DNA from: Candidatus Omnitrophota bacterium
GTDB taxonomy: Bacteria; Omnitrophota; Gorgyraeia; JAFGIU01
NCBI GenBank assembly: GCA_016929445.1
Contig: JAFGIU010000005.1
Span: forward strand, 12,899 to 76,898
DNA length: 64,000 nucleotides
Reading direction: 5' to 3'
This document shows, piece after piece, positions 39,119-49,087 of the stretch. Position 1 is the first letter of the stretch. The number at the start of each line of letters is the position of its first letter. The position numbers and the translations under genes were made by a program. The notes under the pieces are model-generated. The model made no database searches. It saw nothing but the letters and a program-made list of their open reading frames with translations, and was not told the origin of the DNA.

Positions 39119-41890
39119 ATGAATCCGGAAATGCCGTCCACTTCCCCCAAAGACCTTCCCTTTGATATAGAGCAACTTCGGGCTCAGTCAGCGCAGCTTG
39201 TGTCATTTCTCAAAGATATTCTCCGGGAAAGCAGTTTTCCGCGGATTGCAAATGCGTTGCCGGACCTCTGTGGGGGAGTCGTACGTGAGGAGCCCGCATT
39301 GCGTCCGGTGACTCCGGCCGACTCCAAAGAGGAAGAAGCCGTCATTCAAGCGCACTCTATTTACTTCCATCTTTTGAGTATTGCGGAAGAGTTTGAGGCA
39401 GGCGCGCAACGGCGCATCAAAGAAAGAGAAGCCATTAGCGCTGTTCCGGGGGACGATCCCTCCAGGATCTGGACATTTCAGTCCGTAGTAAATGCCGCTG
39501 TGCGGCAAGGGGTGAAGGCAGAGCAGATCGAGGAGCTTTTGTCCGGCTTCGAAATTCAACCGGTGTTGACGGCGCATCCAACCGAAGCCAAACGGGTGAC
39601 TATTCTGGAGGCTCATCGCTTTATTTATGATTCGATCTACGAATTAGCCTACCGGGAACTCCGGAGCTGGGAACGGGAAATCTTAGTCCAGCGCATCCGA
39701 GCCCAAATCGAAATTCTCTGGCAGACCGGCGATATCTATCTGGAGAAACCCCGGGTTGTCGATGAGATCGAGAACGGGCTTTTCTATTTCCGGGAAACAC
39801 TTTATCCGGTAGTGCCGACAGTGCTTTCGCGTCTTTCCAAAGCCTTGCGCGGCGCTTTCCCCGGAGAGCGCTTTGGGGTGCCTTCAGTGCTGCAGTTTAG
39901 TAGTTGGCGCGGAGGGGACCGGGATGGGAATCCCTTTGTGACCGCGCAGGTGACCCGCCATGCCCTTATCCGGCATGCTGTGACAGTATTGGACCTTTAT
40001 GCCGGAGAGCTCCAGGCTCTCATCAAGCGCTTCTCCCAATCCGATTTGGAATGCCTAGTATCAGACGAACTCAAGGCCTCTTTGGATAGCGACTCGGCGT
40101 TGGTGGATGACTTCAGGGTTTTGGCAGAAAGAAATCTCCATGAGCCTTACCGGATTAAGTTAGGAACCATTCTGGCGAAGATACGCGCCAGAAGAAAGGC
40201 GGTTGAAGAGATTCCGAGGTTGGAGGATTGGCCGGCTCATGCCTATCAAAATGTGAATGAGTTGATAGAGGATGTCTCGATTATTCGAAGGAGTCTCCGG
40301 GAGAATGGCGGCAAGCAAGCCGATAACATGTGGATCAGGCCTTTTGAAATGCGGGTGCGCACATTCGGGCTTCATTTAGCGCGCCTGGATCTTCGTGAGA
40401 ATAGCGAGGTATTGGAGCGGGCTATTGAGGAAATCTCCCAAGCGACCGGCCAAGGCTCTTATCTCAATAAATCAGAAAAGGAGAAGCGGCAGTGGCTTGT
40501 GGAGCAGATCGAGTCCAAACGGCCACTGCTTGCCGAATGGCACCGTTATTCCGCAGGTACCCAGGAATTAATTGATACATTCCGCCTGGTTCCCTGGGCC
40601 TGGAATCATCTGGACCGCGAGTCTCTGGGTTCATTCGTTGTGTCTATGACCCGGGATATTTCGGATCTTTTGATGGTCTATCTCTTAGTTAAGGAAGTGG
40701 GAGGATTTGAGGAAGCCTATTGTCCGTTGTCAATCGTCCCGCTATTCGAGACCATTTCAGACTTGCAGAACTCCGCGCAAATGTTGGACGTGTTGTTCCA
40801 AATCCCGATTATCCAAAGGACGTTGGCGCACGCCAAGATGTCCCAACAGGTAATGGTGGGCTACTCAGATTCCAACAAGGACGGCGGTATACTTACCTCT
40901 CAATGGGAGATCTACAAAGCCCAAGAGTCCATGATGCAGGTGGCCGATAAGCACAAAGTCCGGCTTAAGTTTTTCCATGGTCGCGGGGGGTCGGTTTCGC
41001 GAGGCGGCGGTCCGACACACCGCACCATTTTGGGCCTCCCGCCCGGCACGTTGCGCGGAAGGATCAAAATTACGGAGCAAGGAGAGGTCATTTCCTCCAA
41101 GTACTCCAATTCGGAAACTGCGCTTTATCAGTTGAAACTCCTGGTGGGGAGTGTTTTGGCTGCAAGTCTTGGCAATGAGATGGGGCCTCCGCAGGTTCCT
41201 GAAGAATACCTGGCCGAAATGGAGAACTTGTCCAAGTCTTCCTATGAGGCCTACCATCGTTTTGTTCATCTGCCGGGATTTATGGATTATTTTCGCCAGA
41301 CCTCCCCCATCGATGTGCTGGGTTTGCTCAATATCGGTTCGCGTCCGACCAAACGCCGGGACACTTTGGAGATCAAAGATCTGCGGGCCATTCCCTGGGT
41401 CTTTTCCTGGAATCAAAACCGCCATCTTATTTCGGCATGGTATGGAGCGGGGACGGCCTTTAAGGAGGCTGCCTCCGATCCAAGACGGCTGGAGTGCTTT
41501 CGCCGGATGTACAAGGAGTGGGGATTTTTCAACAACCTTGTGCTCTCTTTGAAGAAGAGCATCCTTGTGGCGGATATGGATATCGCCAAGGAGTATTCTC
41601 TGTTGTGCGATAATGCGGAGTTGGCCGGGCGAATTTATTCCGAAGTCGCCATGGAGCATGAAGCTTTGCGAACGGCTCTTTTGGCGATTGCCGGAGTGCA
41701 AAGTCTGGAAGATGAAATCCCCAATACTTCAATTATGAGGGAGATTCGTTCGCCCGGTTTAAAGGAGATTCACCGCACGCAGATTCGCTTGCTCAAGAAA
41801 GTATTGACTGGTTCGGGTACTGAGCTGGACCGCACTCACTTGCTGCTCAGTATCAACTGCATTGCCGCAGGATTAGGGATCACGGGATAA
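39119..41890 (+). CDS. ppc: Phosphoenolpyruvate carboxylase
   Basis: VLTAHPTE, GGDRDGNP, MVGYSDSNKDGG, FHGRGGSVSRGGGP, TEQGE, LRAIPW. Confidence 0.96.
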   Translation: MNPEMPSTSPKDLPFDIEQLRAQSAQLVSFLKDILRESSFPRIANALPDLCGGVVREEPALRPVTPADSKEEEAVIQAHSIYFHLLSIAEEFEAGAQRRIKEREAISAVPGDDPSRIWTFQSVVNAAVRQGVKAEQIEELLSGFEIQPVLTAHPTEAKRVTILEAHRFIYDSIYELAYRELRSWEREILVQRIRAQIEILWQTGDIYLEKPRVVDEIENGLFYFRETLYPVVPTVLSRLSKALRGAFPGERFGVPSVLQFSSWRGGDRDGNPFVTAQVTRHALIRHAVTVLDLYAGELQALIKRFSQSDLECLVSDELKASLDSDSALVDDFRVLAERNLHEPYRIKLGTILAKIRARRKAVEEIPRLEDWPAHAYQNVNELIEDVSIIRRSLRENGGKQADNMWIRPFEMRVRTFGLHLARLDLRENSEVLERAIEEISQATGQGSYLNKSEKEKRQWLVEQIESKRPLLAEWHRYSAGTQELIDTFRLVPWAWNHLDRESLGSFVVSMTRDISDLLMVYLLVKEVGGFEEAYCPLSIVPLFETISDLQNSAQMLDVLFQIPIIQRTLAHAKMSQQVMVGYSDSNKDGGILTSQWEIYKAQESMMQVADKHKVRLKFFHGRGGSVSRGGGPTHRTILGLPPGTLRGRIKITEQGEVISSKYSNSETALYQLKLLVGSVLAASLGNEMGPPQVPEEYLAEMENLSKSSYEAYHRFVHLPGFMDYFRQTSPIDVLGLLNIGSRPTKRRDTLEIKDLRAIPWVFSWNQNRHLISAWYGAGTAFKEAASDPRRLECFRRMYKEWGFFNNLVLSLKKSILVADMDIAKEYSLLCDNAELAGRIYSEVAMEHEALRTALLAIAGVQSLEDEIPNTSIMREIRSPGLKEIHRTQIRLLKKVLTGSGTELDRTHLLLSINCIAAGLGITG

Positions 41891-41894
41891 GCTG

Positions 41895-43265
41895 ATGGAA
41901 CAAATCGAGCTCGAAGAGTGTCTGAAGAATTCCGCCGGCCTGGAGGATTGGCAGGCGATTGCCGATTCCCTTCCTTCCCTGCACCCGGCGGCTGCTGCCG
42001 CATTTCTCCAAACCCACTGCAAAGACAATATCCCGAAGGTCTGTTCGCTCATAAGGCGCACCTTTGCTGCGGATCTTCTCGAAGCACTTCCGGACGATAT
42101 CGCTGCGCAGGTTCTGCACCACCTTCTGGAACAGGACCCTCAGTTTGCCACAAGGGTCGTGCGGGCAATGCGCACGGACGAGACAGCGGATATTCTGCAA
42201 GACATATCCAATGAGGATCGCAACGCGATTCTGTCCTCTCTGACACAGCGGGATGCGGAAGCTGCGGCGAAGCTGTTGTCTTACCCGGAAGATACAGCCG
42301 GCGGGCTCATGCAAACGGAGCTCATTTCCATTCCCGTAGATTCTGTGGCAGCAGAGGTGGTTGGGGAGTTGAGATCCAAGGTCCGCAGATACTCGGAATA
42401 TCCTGCGACCTATCTTTATGTGGTAGACACTGAGAATCGTCTTGTGGGAACAGTGACTCCCCGGGCACTGCTCCTATGCGACGCTGATACACCGCTCTCG
42501 GAAATTATGAATGGTGACCCGACTTCCATTCCGGTGGATCTGCCGGCAGAAGAGGTTGTGAATGCCTTCAGGGACTACCACTATTTGGCTTTGCCGGTGG
42601 TGGATGACAAGGAGCGTTTGCTGGGGGTCGTGACCCACCGCGCTGCCATGGAAGAGGCGGAGGAGCAGGCGGATGAGGAACTCCTGGAAATGGTCGGTAT
42701 TGTCGGCGGTGAAGAGTTCCGCGACAATCCTCTGTGGAGCCGGTCCTGGCGGCGGCTGTCGTGGCTGGGCATCAATGTGCTTCTCAATATGATTGCCGCG
42801 AGTGTGATCGCGGTGTACGCGGGCGTGATCGAAGCAGTGGTGGCCATTGCCGTGTTCTTACCAATTATTTCCGATATGAGCGGATGTGCGGGCAATCAGG
42901 CGATTGCCGTGAGCATTCGTGAGCTTTCCACGGGCCGCACCAGGCCAAAAGATTATTTGAGAGTCTTATGGAAGGAGATGTCGGTTGGTTTTATTAACGG
43001 GCCAGCCTTGGGTGTTTTGATTGGAGTCGTGGCGTGGTTATGGTACGGCAATGCGTGGCTGGGGGTGATCGTAGGTCTTGCCCTTGCTCTCAACACCTTT
43101 GTTGCGTTGGCCTTGGGAAGTTTGATTCCCTTGGGCCTCCGGGCTGTGGGCAAGGATCCTGCCTTGGCTTCCGGGCCTATCCTAACCACCATCACCGATC
43201 TCTGCGGATTCTGGATTCTTCTGGCTCTTGCAGCCTGGGCGATCCGGAATTTAGGGTTGTCTTGA
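41895..43265 (+). CDS. mgtE: Magnesium transporter MgtE
   Basis: YPEDTAGGLM, CBS pair, RL.WL, DPALASGPILTTITD. Confidence 0.95.
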   Translation: MEQIELEECLKNSAGLEDWQAIADSLPSLHPAAAAAFLQTHCKDNIPKVCSLIRRTFAADLLEALPDDIAAQVLHHLLEQDPQFATRVVRAMRTDETADILQDISNEDRNAILSSLTQRDAEAAAKLLSYPEDTAGGLMQTELISIPVDSVAAEVVGELRSKVRRYSEYPATYLYVVDTENRLVGTVTPRALLLCDADTPLSEIMNGDPTSIPVDLPAEEVVNAFRDYHYLALPVVDDKERLLGVVTHRAAMEEAEEQADEELLEMVGIVGGEEFRDNPLWSRSWRRLSWLGINVLLNMIAASVIAVYAGVIEAVVAIAVFLPIISDMSGCAGNQAIAVSIRELSTGRTRPKDYLRVLWKEMSVGFINGPALGVLIGVVAWLWYGNAWLGVIVGLALALNTFVALALGSLIPLGLRAVGKDPALASGPILTTITDLCGFWILLALAAWAIRNLGLS

Positions 43266-43277
43266 GATGAAACTCTT

Positions 43278-44198
43278 ATGATTAAACCCGCACCCATCAG
43301 ACCCGGAGACACCATCGGAATTGTGGCAGCCGCCAGTGCCTTTGATAAAGACAACTTCATTCGCGGCGTGGAGAAGCTGCGTTCTCTGGGATTCCGGGTG
43401 AAGTATGAGCGGGCCATCTTTAACCCGTGTTGGTCCAAACCCGGGCACAACCGGCAGCGTGCCGCGCAAATCAATCGCATGTATCTCGACCCCAAGGTCA
43501 AGGCTATCTTGTGCGCCAAGGCCGGGTATGGTTCGATTCAAATTCTGCCTTTCCTCAATAAAAGAGTGATTCGCCGCAATCCCAAGATTTTTGTGGGCTA
43601 CAGCGATATCACCAATCTCTTGCTCTTTCTTCAGAAGATTTCCGATACGGTTGTATTTCACGGTCCTGTGGTGGCCAACGAAATCTACGAGGGGATGAAC
43701 TCAGTCACACTCTCCTACTTGGAACGCGCACTTACTCATACGGAACCTTTAGGACCGATCCTGGCTCCGCACCTGGTGGCCCTGAGCCCGGGCAGGGCCA
43801 CAGGCCGGCTGGCGGGAGGCAATCTTTCTTTGATCACGGCCATGATCGGGACTCCTTACAGCTTGTCCACCGAGGACTCCATTCTTTTTCTGGAAGAGGT
43901 GGATGAGACTTTGGAGCAAACCCGGAGATTCCTGTTTAAACTGAGGCAAGCCGGGAAGTTCCGGCGAATCAGGGGAGTCCTGTTCGGGCAAATGGTGGAA
44001 TGCTTTGAAGAGTTCGATGAGTTTCGGGCTCTGGTTGCGGAAGTGTTTGCGGGGTACGATATCCCCATCCTGTTCGGTTTTCCCTCAGGGCACAAGAGTG
44101 AGCGCGAGGCGCCGCATGTGACTCTTCCTTTGGGAGTCCAGGCAACAATAGACGCGGACAAGCTGCTGTTTCAAATCGACGAATCCGGGGTGGCCTGA
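43278..44198 (+). CDS. LD-carboxypeptidase (peptidase S66)
   Basis: Catalytic triad motifs FVGYSD, LFLEEV, FPSGH; GGNL. Confidence 0.92.
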   Translation: MIKPAPIRPGDTIGIVAAASAFDKDNFIRGVEKLRSLGFRVKYERAIFNPCWSKPGHNRQRAAQINRMYLDPKVKAILCAKAGYGSIQILPFLNKRVIRRNPKIFVGYSDITNLLLFLQKISDTVVFHGPVVANEIYEGMNSVTLSYLERALTHTEPLGPILAPHLVALSPGRATGRLAGGNLSLITAMIGTPYSLSTEDSILFLEEVDETLEQTRRFLFKLRQAGKFRRIRGVLFGQMVECFEEFDEFRALVAEVFAGYDIPILFGFPSGHKSEREAPHVTLPLGVQATIDADKLLFQIDESGVA

Positions 44199-44199
44199 A

Positions 44200-45228
44200 T
44201 TGAAAACATACGATTTTGCCTTGAACTGGGGAGGCACGATAAAAGAGAAATTTGTCGATCATCTCCAGGCGGTCTGCAAGCAGAAGAATCTCTCTATGTT
44301 ATGGATTACCGAAGAGAATGTGCGGCAGGTAATCCGGGATTTGGAAGAAAAAAATATGAGGATCAAAGTGTGTTTGGACGGCCAGGCCACGTATCACAAG
44401 AAGGGAGATCCTTACGCAAGGGTTTGTTACGCAGCGAAGGATGCGGGGGGAATGGTCATCAATGATCCGGACCGCACTCAGTTGGCGGTTAATAAGGCTG
44501 CCATTTATTATGAGCTGACCCATGCGGGGGTGCTGGCCCCGTACACAGTTGTGGTTCGTAACTGGCAGCCTCAAACATACAGGCTTCCGGATGAAGAAAG
44601 GGCCAAGCTGGGTGTTCCTTTTGTGATCAAGCCTTCCTTGGGATTTGGCCAATTGGGGGTTATCCGCGAAGCCAAAGGGACCATTCGGGAAATCGCCGGA
44701 GCGCGCAAGTACGATCGCGGAGACGACTTTTTGCTGCAGGAAAGGATTGTGCCAATTCACCTCAATGGAAACCGTGCTTGGTTCAGAGTTTTCAACCTTT
44801 TTGACACGATCATCCCTTGCTGGTGGGATGATGTGGCCAACCGCTACGCCCATGTGTCCTATGAAGAATTCAATGCGTATAGTCTGTACCCTTTGGTGAA
44901 GATTGTGTCCAAGATTGCGCAAATTACCCAAATGTCCTGGTTTTCAACTGAGATAGCCATTGATGAAAAAGAAGGAAAGCGGCGTTTTCTGGCCATAGAT
45001 TTCGTCAATGACCAATGCGATATGTCGGCTCAGTCCGAACACGACAATGGAGTTCCGGATCCTGTGGTGGAGTATACGGCGCGGCGTATGATCGAGACAA
45101 CTTGCCAGTATCTCAGCGGAGAGAAAGCACAAAGGAAGTACGAGATTTGGCTGAAGGACGCCACAGTTCAGTTGCGGGGGCTTGGGAAACCTCCGGAGCT
45201 GCTTGGGGTTAGATTATCTTCTTCATGA
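44200..45228 (+). CDS. ATP-grasp fold protein
   Basis: VINDPD...NKA, PFVIKPSLGFG..GV, LLQE.I, STEIA...IDFVND. Confidence 0.75.
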   Translation: MKTYDFALNWGGTIKEKFVDHLQAVCKQKNLSMLWITEENVRQVIRDLEEKNMRIKVCLDGQATYHKKGDPYARVCYAAKDAGGMVINDPDRTQLAVNKAAIYYELTHAGVLAPYTVVVRNWQPQTYRLPDEERAKLGVPFVIKPSLGFGQLGVIREAKGTIREIAGARKYDRGDDFLLQERIVPIHLNGNRAWFRVFNLFDTIIPCWWDDVANRYAHVSYEEFNAYSLYPLVKIVSKIAQITQMSWFSTEIAIDEKEGKRRFLAIDFVNDQCDMSAQSEHDNGVPDPVVEYTARRMIETTCQYLSGEKAQRKYEIWLKDATVQLRGLGKPPELLGVRLSSS

Positions 45229-46699
45229 AGCGCTCGAGCCGGCTATAAGGGAAGTAAACGAGCGTGCGCAGACCTGCCACGTTCGAAACATGCCGCACGG
45301 ATTTCCGGACTTCAGAAAAGAGCGCCGGCAACACAATGTCCTCTTCCACCTCTCCCTCCTCTTGCACGGCAATAAGGCGGGCCAAAGCATAGAAGCCTGC
45401 AATCACGGCCAATATAAATAGGAAGTCCAAACTCCTCAGATCCATGGCAACCACCTGGAAATGCCGGCCGATGTGTTCCGAGGACCACCTAATGAGCACG
45501 CTCAGTTCCTGCCCGGCAAACCAGTCTGCCCCGAATCCGGCCAGGATGGGAGCCAGAGTTGCCGCCACCCCGGAAACCAGGGCGTTGGTGGCCAAATAGG
45601 CTGTGGCATCGCCTCTTGGAGCGAGCTTCATGGCAATATTAAAGGAGGCGAGCGTGACGCCGGCCGTGCTCATTCCCGCCAACATGTGGATGAGCACGAG
45701 CAGGGGAATCGTGAGGAAATACTTGTCTGGCATGGTCGTAAAAGGCCAAAGCCCAATGCTCAGGATAAACAAAGGCCCTGACGCAGCGAGCACGGACTTG
45801 TTGCTGAACTTGTCCGCCAGAGGCCCCCACCATTTGAGAAAGGCCACATTGACCAATTGGCTGAGCACGGAGAGTCCCAGGACCATGCCCATACCCAGGC
45901 CCAGCCGTTTGAGCATGTAGACCGTGAAAAAGGGGGCAGCCAGGTTGACTGCGAAGCTCCACCATCCCAGAAAAATGAGAAGCTGACGAAAGTTCTTTTG
46001 GCGAAAGGGTTTACCAAGGGCTTGAAAGAGGTCAAAGCGTTCGACCGGCGCCATTTGAGGCTCGGGCGCTTTGGAAAGGAAGTAAATACCCAAAAGTCCC
46101 GCCGCAGCCCCCACCAGGAAAATGATTGGATAAATGCCGATTTCATTTTGAAAGTGCTTCTTGTAAAGATCCAGCCCCAGCCCCGCAAAGATACTGAGCA
46201 CCGCGGAGAGCAGGGTAGCAATTGCCAGCCGGTTCCCGAAATAGGAGCCCATGATGTTTTCCGGGATCAAATCGCGCATCCAGGAGGTCCAGGCACCGCC
46301 TGAAAGTGTTCCCAGACCAAAGTAAAGGAACAAAAAGATCAAGAGGGCTGGGATGCGAGCGGGCTCGGGCAAGAACCAGGGAATGAGGGCAATTCCGATC
46401 CAGAAGAGCCGGCTCAGAAAGGAGGCTGCCACAACCAGCAGTTTGCGCATGCGCGAGCGCTCGACCAGATAAATAGCCGGGATTTGCAGGAGCTGGGTCA
46501 GAGGGCCTGCCGCGGCAATGAGGCCGATTACTTTGTTGGAAGCCCCCAGCAGGAGGGCAAAGGCCACCAGAAAGGCGCCGCCTGTGAGCACTCCCATGAT
46601 CTGCGAGCAGATGCCGTCAAAAAGCACCATGCGCAGGCCTTGCTGTACATCGCCTTCGCTGATTTCTGCCTGGGGTTTGAGTCGGTGCAGAGGGTTCAT
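45209..46699 (-). CDS. MFS transporter
   Basis: About 12 TM segments; W.SWMRDLIPE..GSYFG.R, WG.LADKFSNK. Confidence 0.85.
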   Translation of the reverse strand: MNPLHRLKPQAEISEGDVQQGLRMVLFDGICSQIMGVLTGGAFLVAFALLLGASNKVIGLIAAAGPLTQLLQIPAIYLVERSRMRKLLVVAASFLSRLFWIGIALIPWFLPEPARIPALLIFLFLYFGLGTLSGGAWTSWMRDLIPENIMGSYFGNRLAIATLLSAVLSIFAGLGLDLYKKHFQNEIGIYPIIFLVGAAAGLLGIYFLSKAPEPQMAPVERFDLFQALGKPFRQKNFRQLLIFLGWWSFAVNLAAPFFTVYMLKRLGLGMGMVLGLSVLSQLVNVAFLKWWGPLADKFSNKSVLAASGPLFILSIGLWPFTTMPDKYFLTIPLLVLIHMLAGMSTAGVTLASFNIAMKLAPRGDATAYLATNALVSGVAATLAPILAGFGADWFAGQELSVLIRWSSEHIGRHFQVVAMDLRSLDFLFILAVIAGFYALARLIAVQEEGEVEEDIVLPALFSEVRKSVRHVSNVAGLRTLVYFPYSRLERFMKKII

Positions 46700-46743
46700 A
46701 TTAAGTATGCTCTGATAGAGTAGGTATTATAGAATAGATATCC

Positions 46744-47871
46744 ATGAAATCAGCAAATGATCTCATTCACTCCGTGGGCCGTGGCGTTCAATCCGCGGGC
46801 CGGAGCGCCCAAAGCCTCTTCAAACGCCGCATCCCTCCAGGATCTTCTCCGGGCACCTTAGTGGTCCATCCGGATGCTCCAAAACCGCGTATCTTTGTTC
46901 TGGATTTTGACTCCAACAATCTCAATGAAAGAGAAATCCAGGATGTTTCCGAGCTGTCTTCTTTTCGCGATAGTAATACCGTGACGTGGATAGACGTTCA
47001 AGGCTTGGGGGATGTGGAGCTTATCGGGCGATTGGGGGAGATTTTTGGCCTGCATCGCCTTGCGCTGGAAGACGCGGTCCACACGGGCCAGCGGGCCAAG
47101 GTGGAGTCCTATGACGATCACTTGTTCATCATTGCCCGGATGATTCTCCTGCGAGAGCATCTCGAAACAGAGCAAGTGAGCTTTTTTCTGGGGCCAAACT
47201 GGGTGCTCACCTTTCAGGAGAAGCCCGGGGATGTGTTTGAACCGGTCCGGCAGCGTATCCGTGGGGGCAGAGGCAAGATTCGTACAGGCGGCACGGACTA
47301 TCTAACCTACGCGCTCTTGGACGCGATTGTGGATCACTACTTTCCGGTGTTGGAAGCTTACGGGGACCAGTTGGCCGGTTTGGAAGAGCGAGTCGTGAGC
47401 TCCCCGGACTACGGGGTCTTGATGCAGATCTATGCCCTCAAGCGGGATCTGCTGTCCCTGAGGCGCGCGATTTGGCCGGCGAGAGAGGCCTTTAACAGCT
47501 TGGTGCGGGATGAATCGGAGTTGATTCAGAAGGAAACAGTCACCTTTCTCCGGGACTGCTATGACCACGCGGTGCAGGTTATTGATCTGGTGGAGAACTA
47601 TCGGGAACTATCCACCGGGTTGATGGATGCCTATCTCTCTGGCGTGAGCAACCGGATGAACGAGGTCATGAAAGTCCTCACCGTGATTGCGACGATTTTT
47701 ATCCCCCTGACCTTTGTGGCCGGGATTTACGGAATGAACTTTAATCCGGAAAGATCGCCCTGGAATATGCCGGAGCTCAATGCGTATTTTGGGTATCCCT
47801 TGGCGATTCTCGGAATGTTGGGAATCGGAATTGGGCTGGTTGTCTTCTTTAGAAAAAAACAGTGGTTTTGA
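46744..47871 (+). CDS. corA: Magnesium/cobalt transporter CorA
   Basis: LHRLALED, EQVS, TFQE, MKVLT, YGMNF, MPEL. Confidence 0.96.
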   Translation: MKSANDLIHSVGRGVQSAGRSAQSLFKRRIPPGSSPGTLVVHPDAPKPRIFVLDFDSNNLNEREIQDVSELSSFRDSNTVTWIDVQGLGDVELIGRLGEIFGLHRLALEDAVHTGQRAKVESYDDHLFIIARMILLREHLETEQVSFFLGPNWVLTFQEKPGDVFEPVRQRIRGGRGKIRTGGTDYLTYALLDAIVDHYFPVLEAYGDQLAGLEERVVSSPDYGVLMQIYALKRDLLSLRRAIWPAREAFNSLVRDESELIQKETVTFLRDCYDHAVQVIDLVENYRELSTGLMDAYLSGVSNRMNEVMKVLTVIATIFIPLTFVAGIYGMNFNPERSPWNMPELNAYFGYPLAILGMLGIGIGLVVFFRKKQWF

Positions 47872-47957
47872 CTCCGAGGCAAAAGATGTCGGCTTGGACC
47901 TTTGGAAACCTCAAGAGGTAGAACAAGGGACGGTTTGCTTTTGGCAGGCCGGGCCGC

Positions 47958-48137
47958 TCAAGCTATGGTAACAATCTCTTGCAAGATCTCTTTGGACTTC
48001 TTCCAGTCACTTCCGAAGGTCTCAGTCGCAGGCATCTCATTCCAGATATAGCGAAATCCTTTGGTGTAGTTGATTAGAGGTTTCGTGAAAACTATTGAAT
48101 TGGGGATGTGGATAATGCGCCCCGTGAGCTGCGGTTC
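47958..48137 (-). pseudogene. Internal fragment of an MscS-family mechanosensitive channel gene
   Basis: Minus strand reads QLTGRIIHIPNSIVFTKPLINYTKGFRYIWNEM...SDWKKSKEILQEIV; no start codon and no TM region. Confidence 0.7.
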
Positions 48138-48214
48138 GGAAATCCTGCGGGTGGCGATTCTCTTTCTGTTAGAATGCCTCCTGAAAGGGGACTCTAGGAA
48201 CTGTCCATATCGCC

Positions 48215-49048
48215 ATGAATAAAAAATTGTTCTGGATACCGGCTGTAGTTGTCTTTTTGGCGGTCTTTACCGGGATCTATGCCCTTTATATCGAACCGAA
48301 CTGGTTGCGTGTGCGTAAGATCGATGTGCAACTTCCGAGCGAGTACGCTGCCCAGGACGGCCTGACCGTACTCCACCTTTCCGACTTCCAACTCAGGAAC
48401 CCTCAAATCGGCTGGCGCGAACGCCGGGTTGCAGCGCTCGCGCGCCAACTGGATCCGGACCTGGTGGTGGTCACCGGGGATGTGATCGAGGGCTATGTCA
48501 GTTACCAGGCTTGGATTGATTACGTGTCTGCGCTGCCTTCCCGTTACGGTGTTTATGCAGTGGCCGGGAATTGGGAGCACTGGGGCGATGTGAACATCTG
48601 GGAGATGAGAGAGGATTTGGCTAACCGGGGCGTGAGCTTGCTCGTCAATGAGATCGCGCGGGTTCCGGTGGGGGAGCGCGGACACATCGAGATTCTGGGT
48701 CTGGACAACCGTACCTTCCAATACCAGCCGTTTCTGGCGAAGTTATTGGAAGAATCCGATCCGCGGCTCTTTCGTTTGTTGCTGGTGCACGCGCCTGTGG
48801 CTTTTCACCAGGCCGCCCGCGGCGGGATTCCCTTAACTCTGGCCGGGCACACACAGGGCGGGCAAATCTGTTTGCCTTTTGTGGGGCCTTTGCGCCGGGC
48901 TGTGCCGGGCATCAGCGGCTATTTCTACGGGCTTTACCGGGAGAAACAAAGCCAGATGTATGTGACCTCCGGAGTCGGCACATCCACCATTCCCATCCGG
49001 TTTTTTGCCCGGCCTGAAGTGGTGCTCATTCGGCTGAAGAAGGACTAG
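48215..49048 (+). CDS. Membrane-anchored metallophosphoesterase (YkuE-like) with variant motifs
   Basis: IEP.W, LSDFQ, TGD, GNWEH, H.P, GHTQGGQ, G.GTS.IPIRF..RPE. Confidence 0.85.
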   Translation: MNKKLFWIPAVVVFLAVFTGIYALYIEPNWLRVRKIDVQLPSEYAAQDGLTVLHLSDFQLRNPQIGWRERRVAALARQLDPDLVVVTGDVIEGYVSYQAWIDYVSALPSRYGVYAVAGNWEHWGDVNIWEMREDLANRGVSLLVNEIARVPVGERGHIEILGLDNRTFQYQPFLAKLLEESDPRLFRLLLVHAPVAFHQAARGGIPLTLAGHTQGGQICLPFVGPLRRAVPGISGYFYGLYREKQSQMYVTSGVGTSTIPIRFFARPEVVLIRLKKD

Positions 49049-49054
49049 AGGAAG

Positions 49055-49079
49055 CCGTCATTGCGAGGCGTGGCAATCT
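49055..49079. repeat. Collapsed remnant of a GTCATTGCGAG...GCAATCT-type REP
   Basis: CCGTCATTGCGAGGCGTGGCAATCT between convergent stop codons. Confidence 0.4.
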
Positions 49080-49087
49080 ATGTTGCG

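Noticed and set aside
40865-41701. 278-aa antisense ORF inside ppc
   Set aside because: Codon-bias shadow of a clearly conserved gene.
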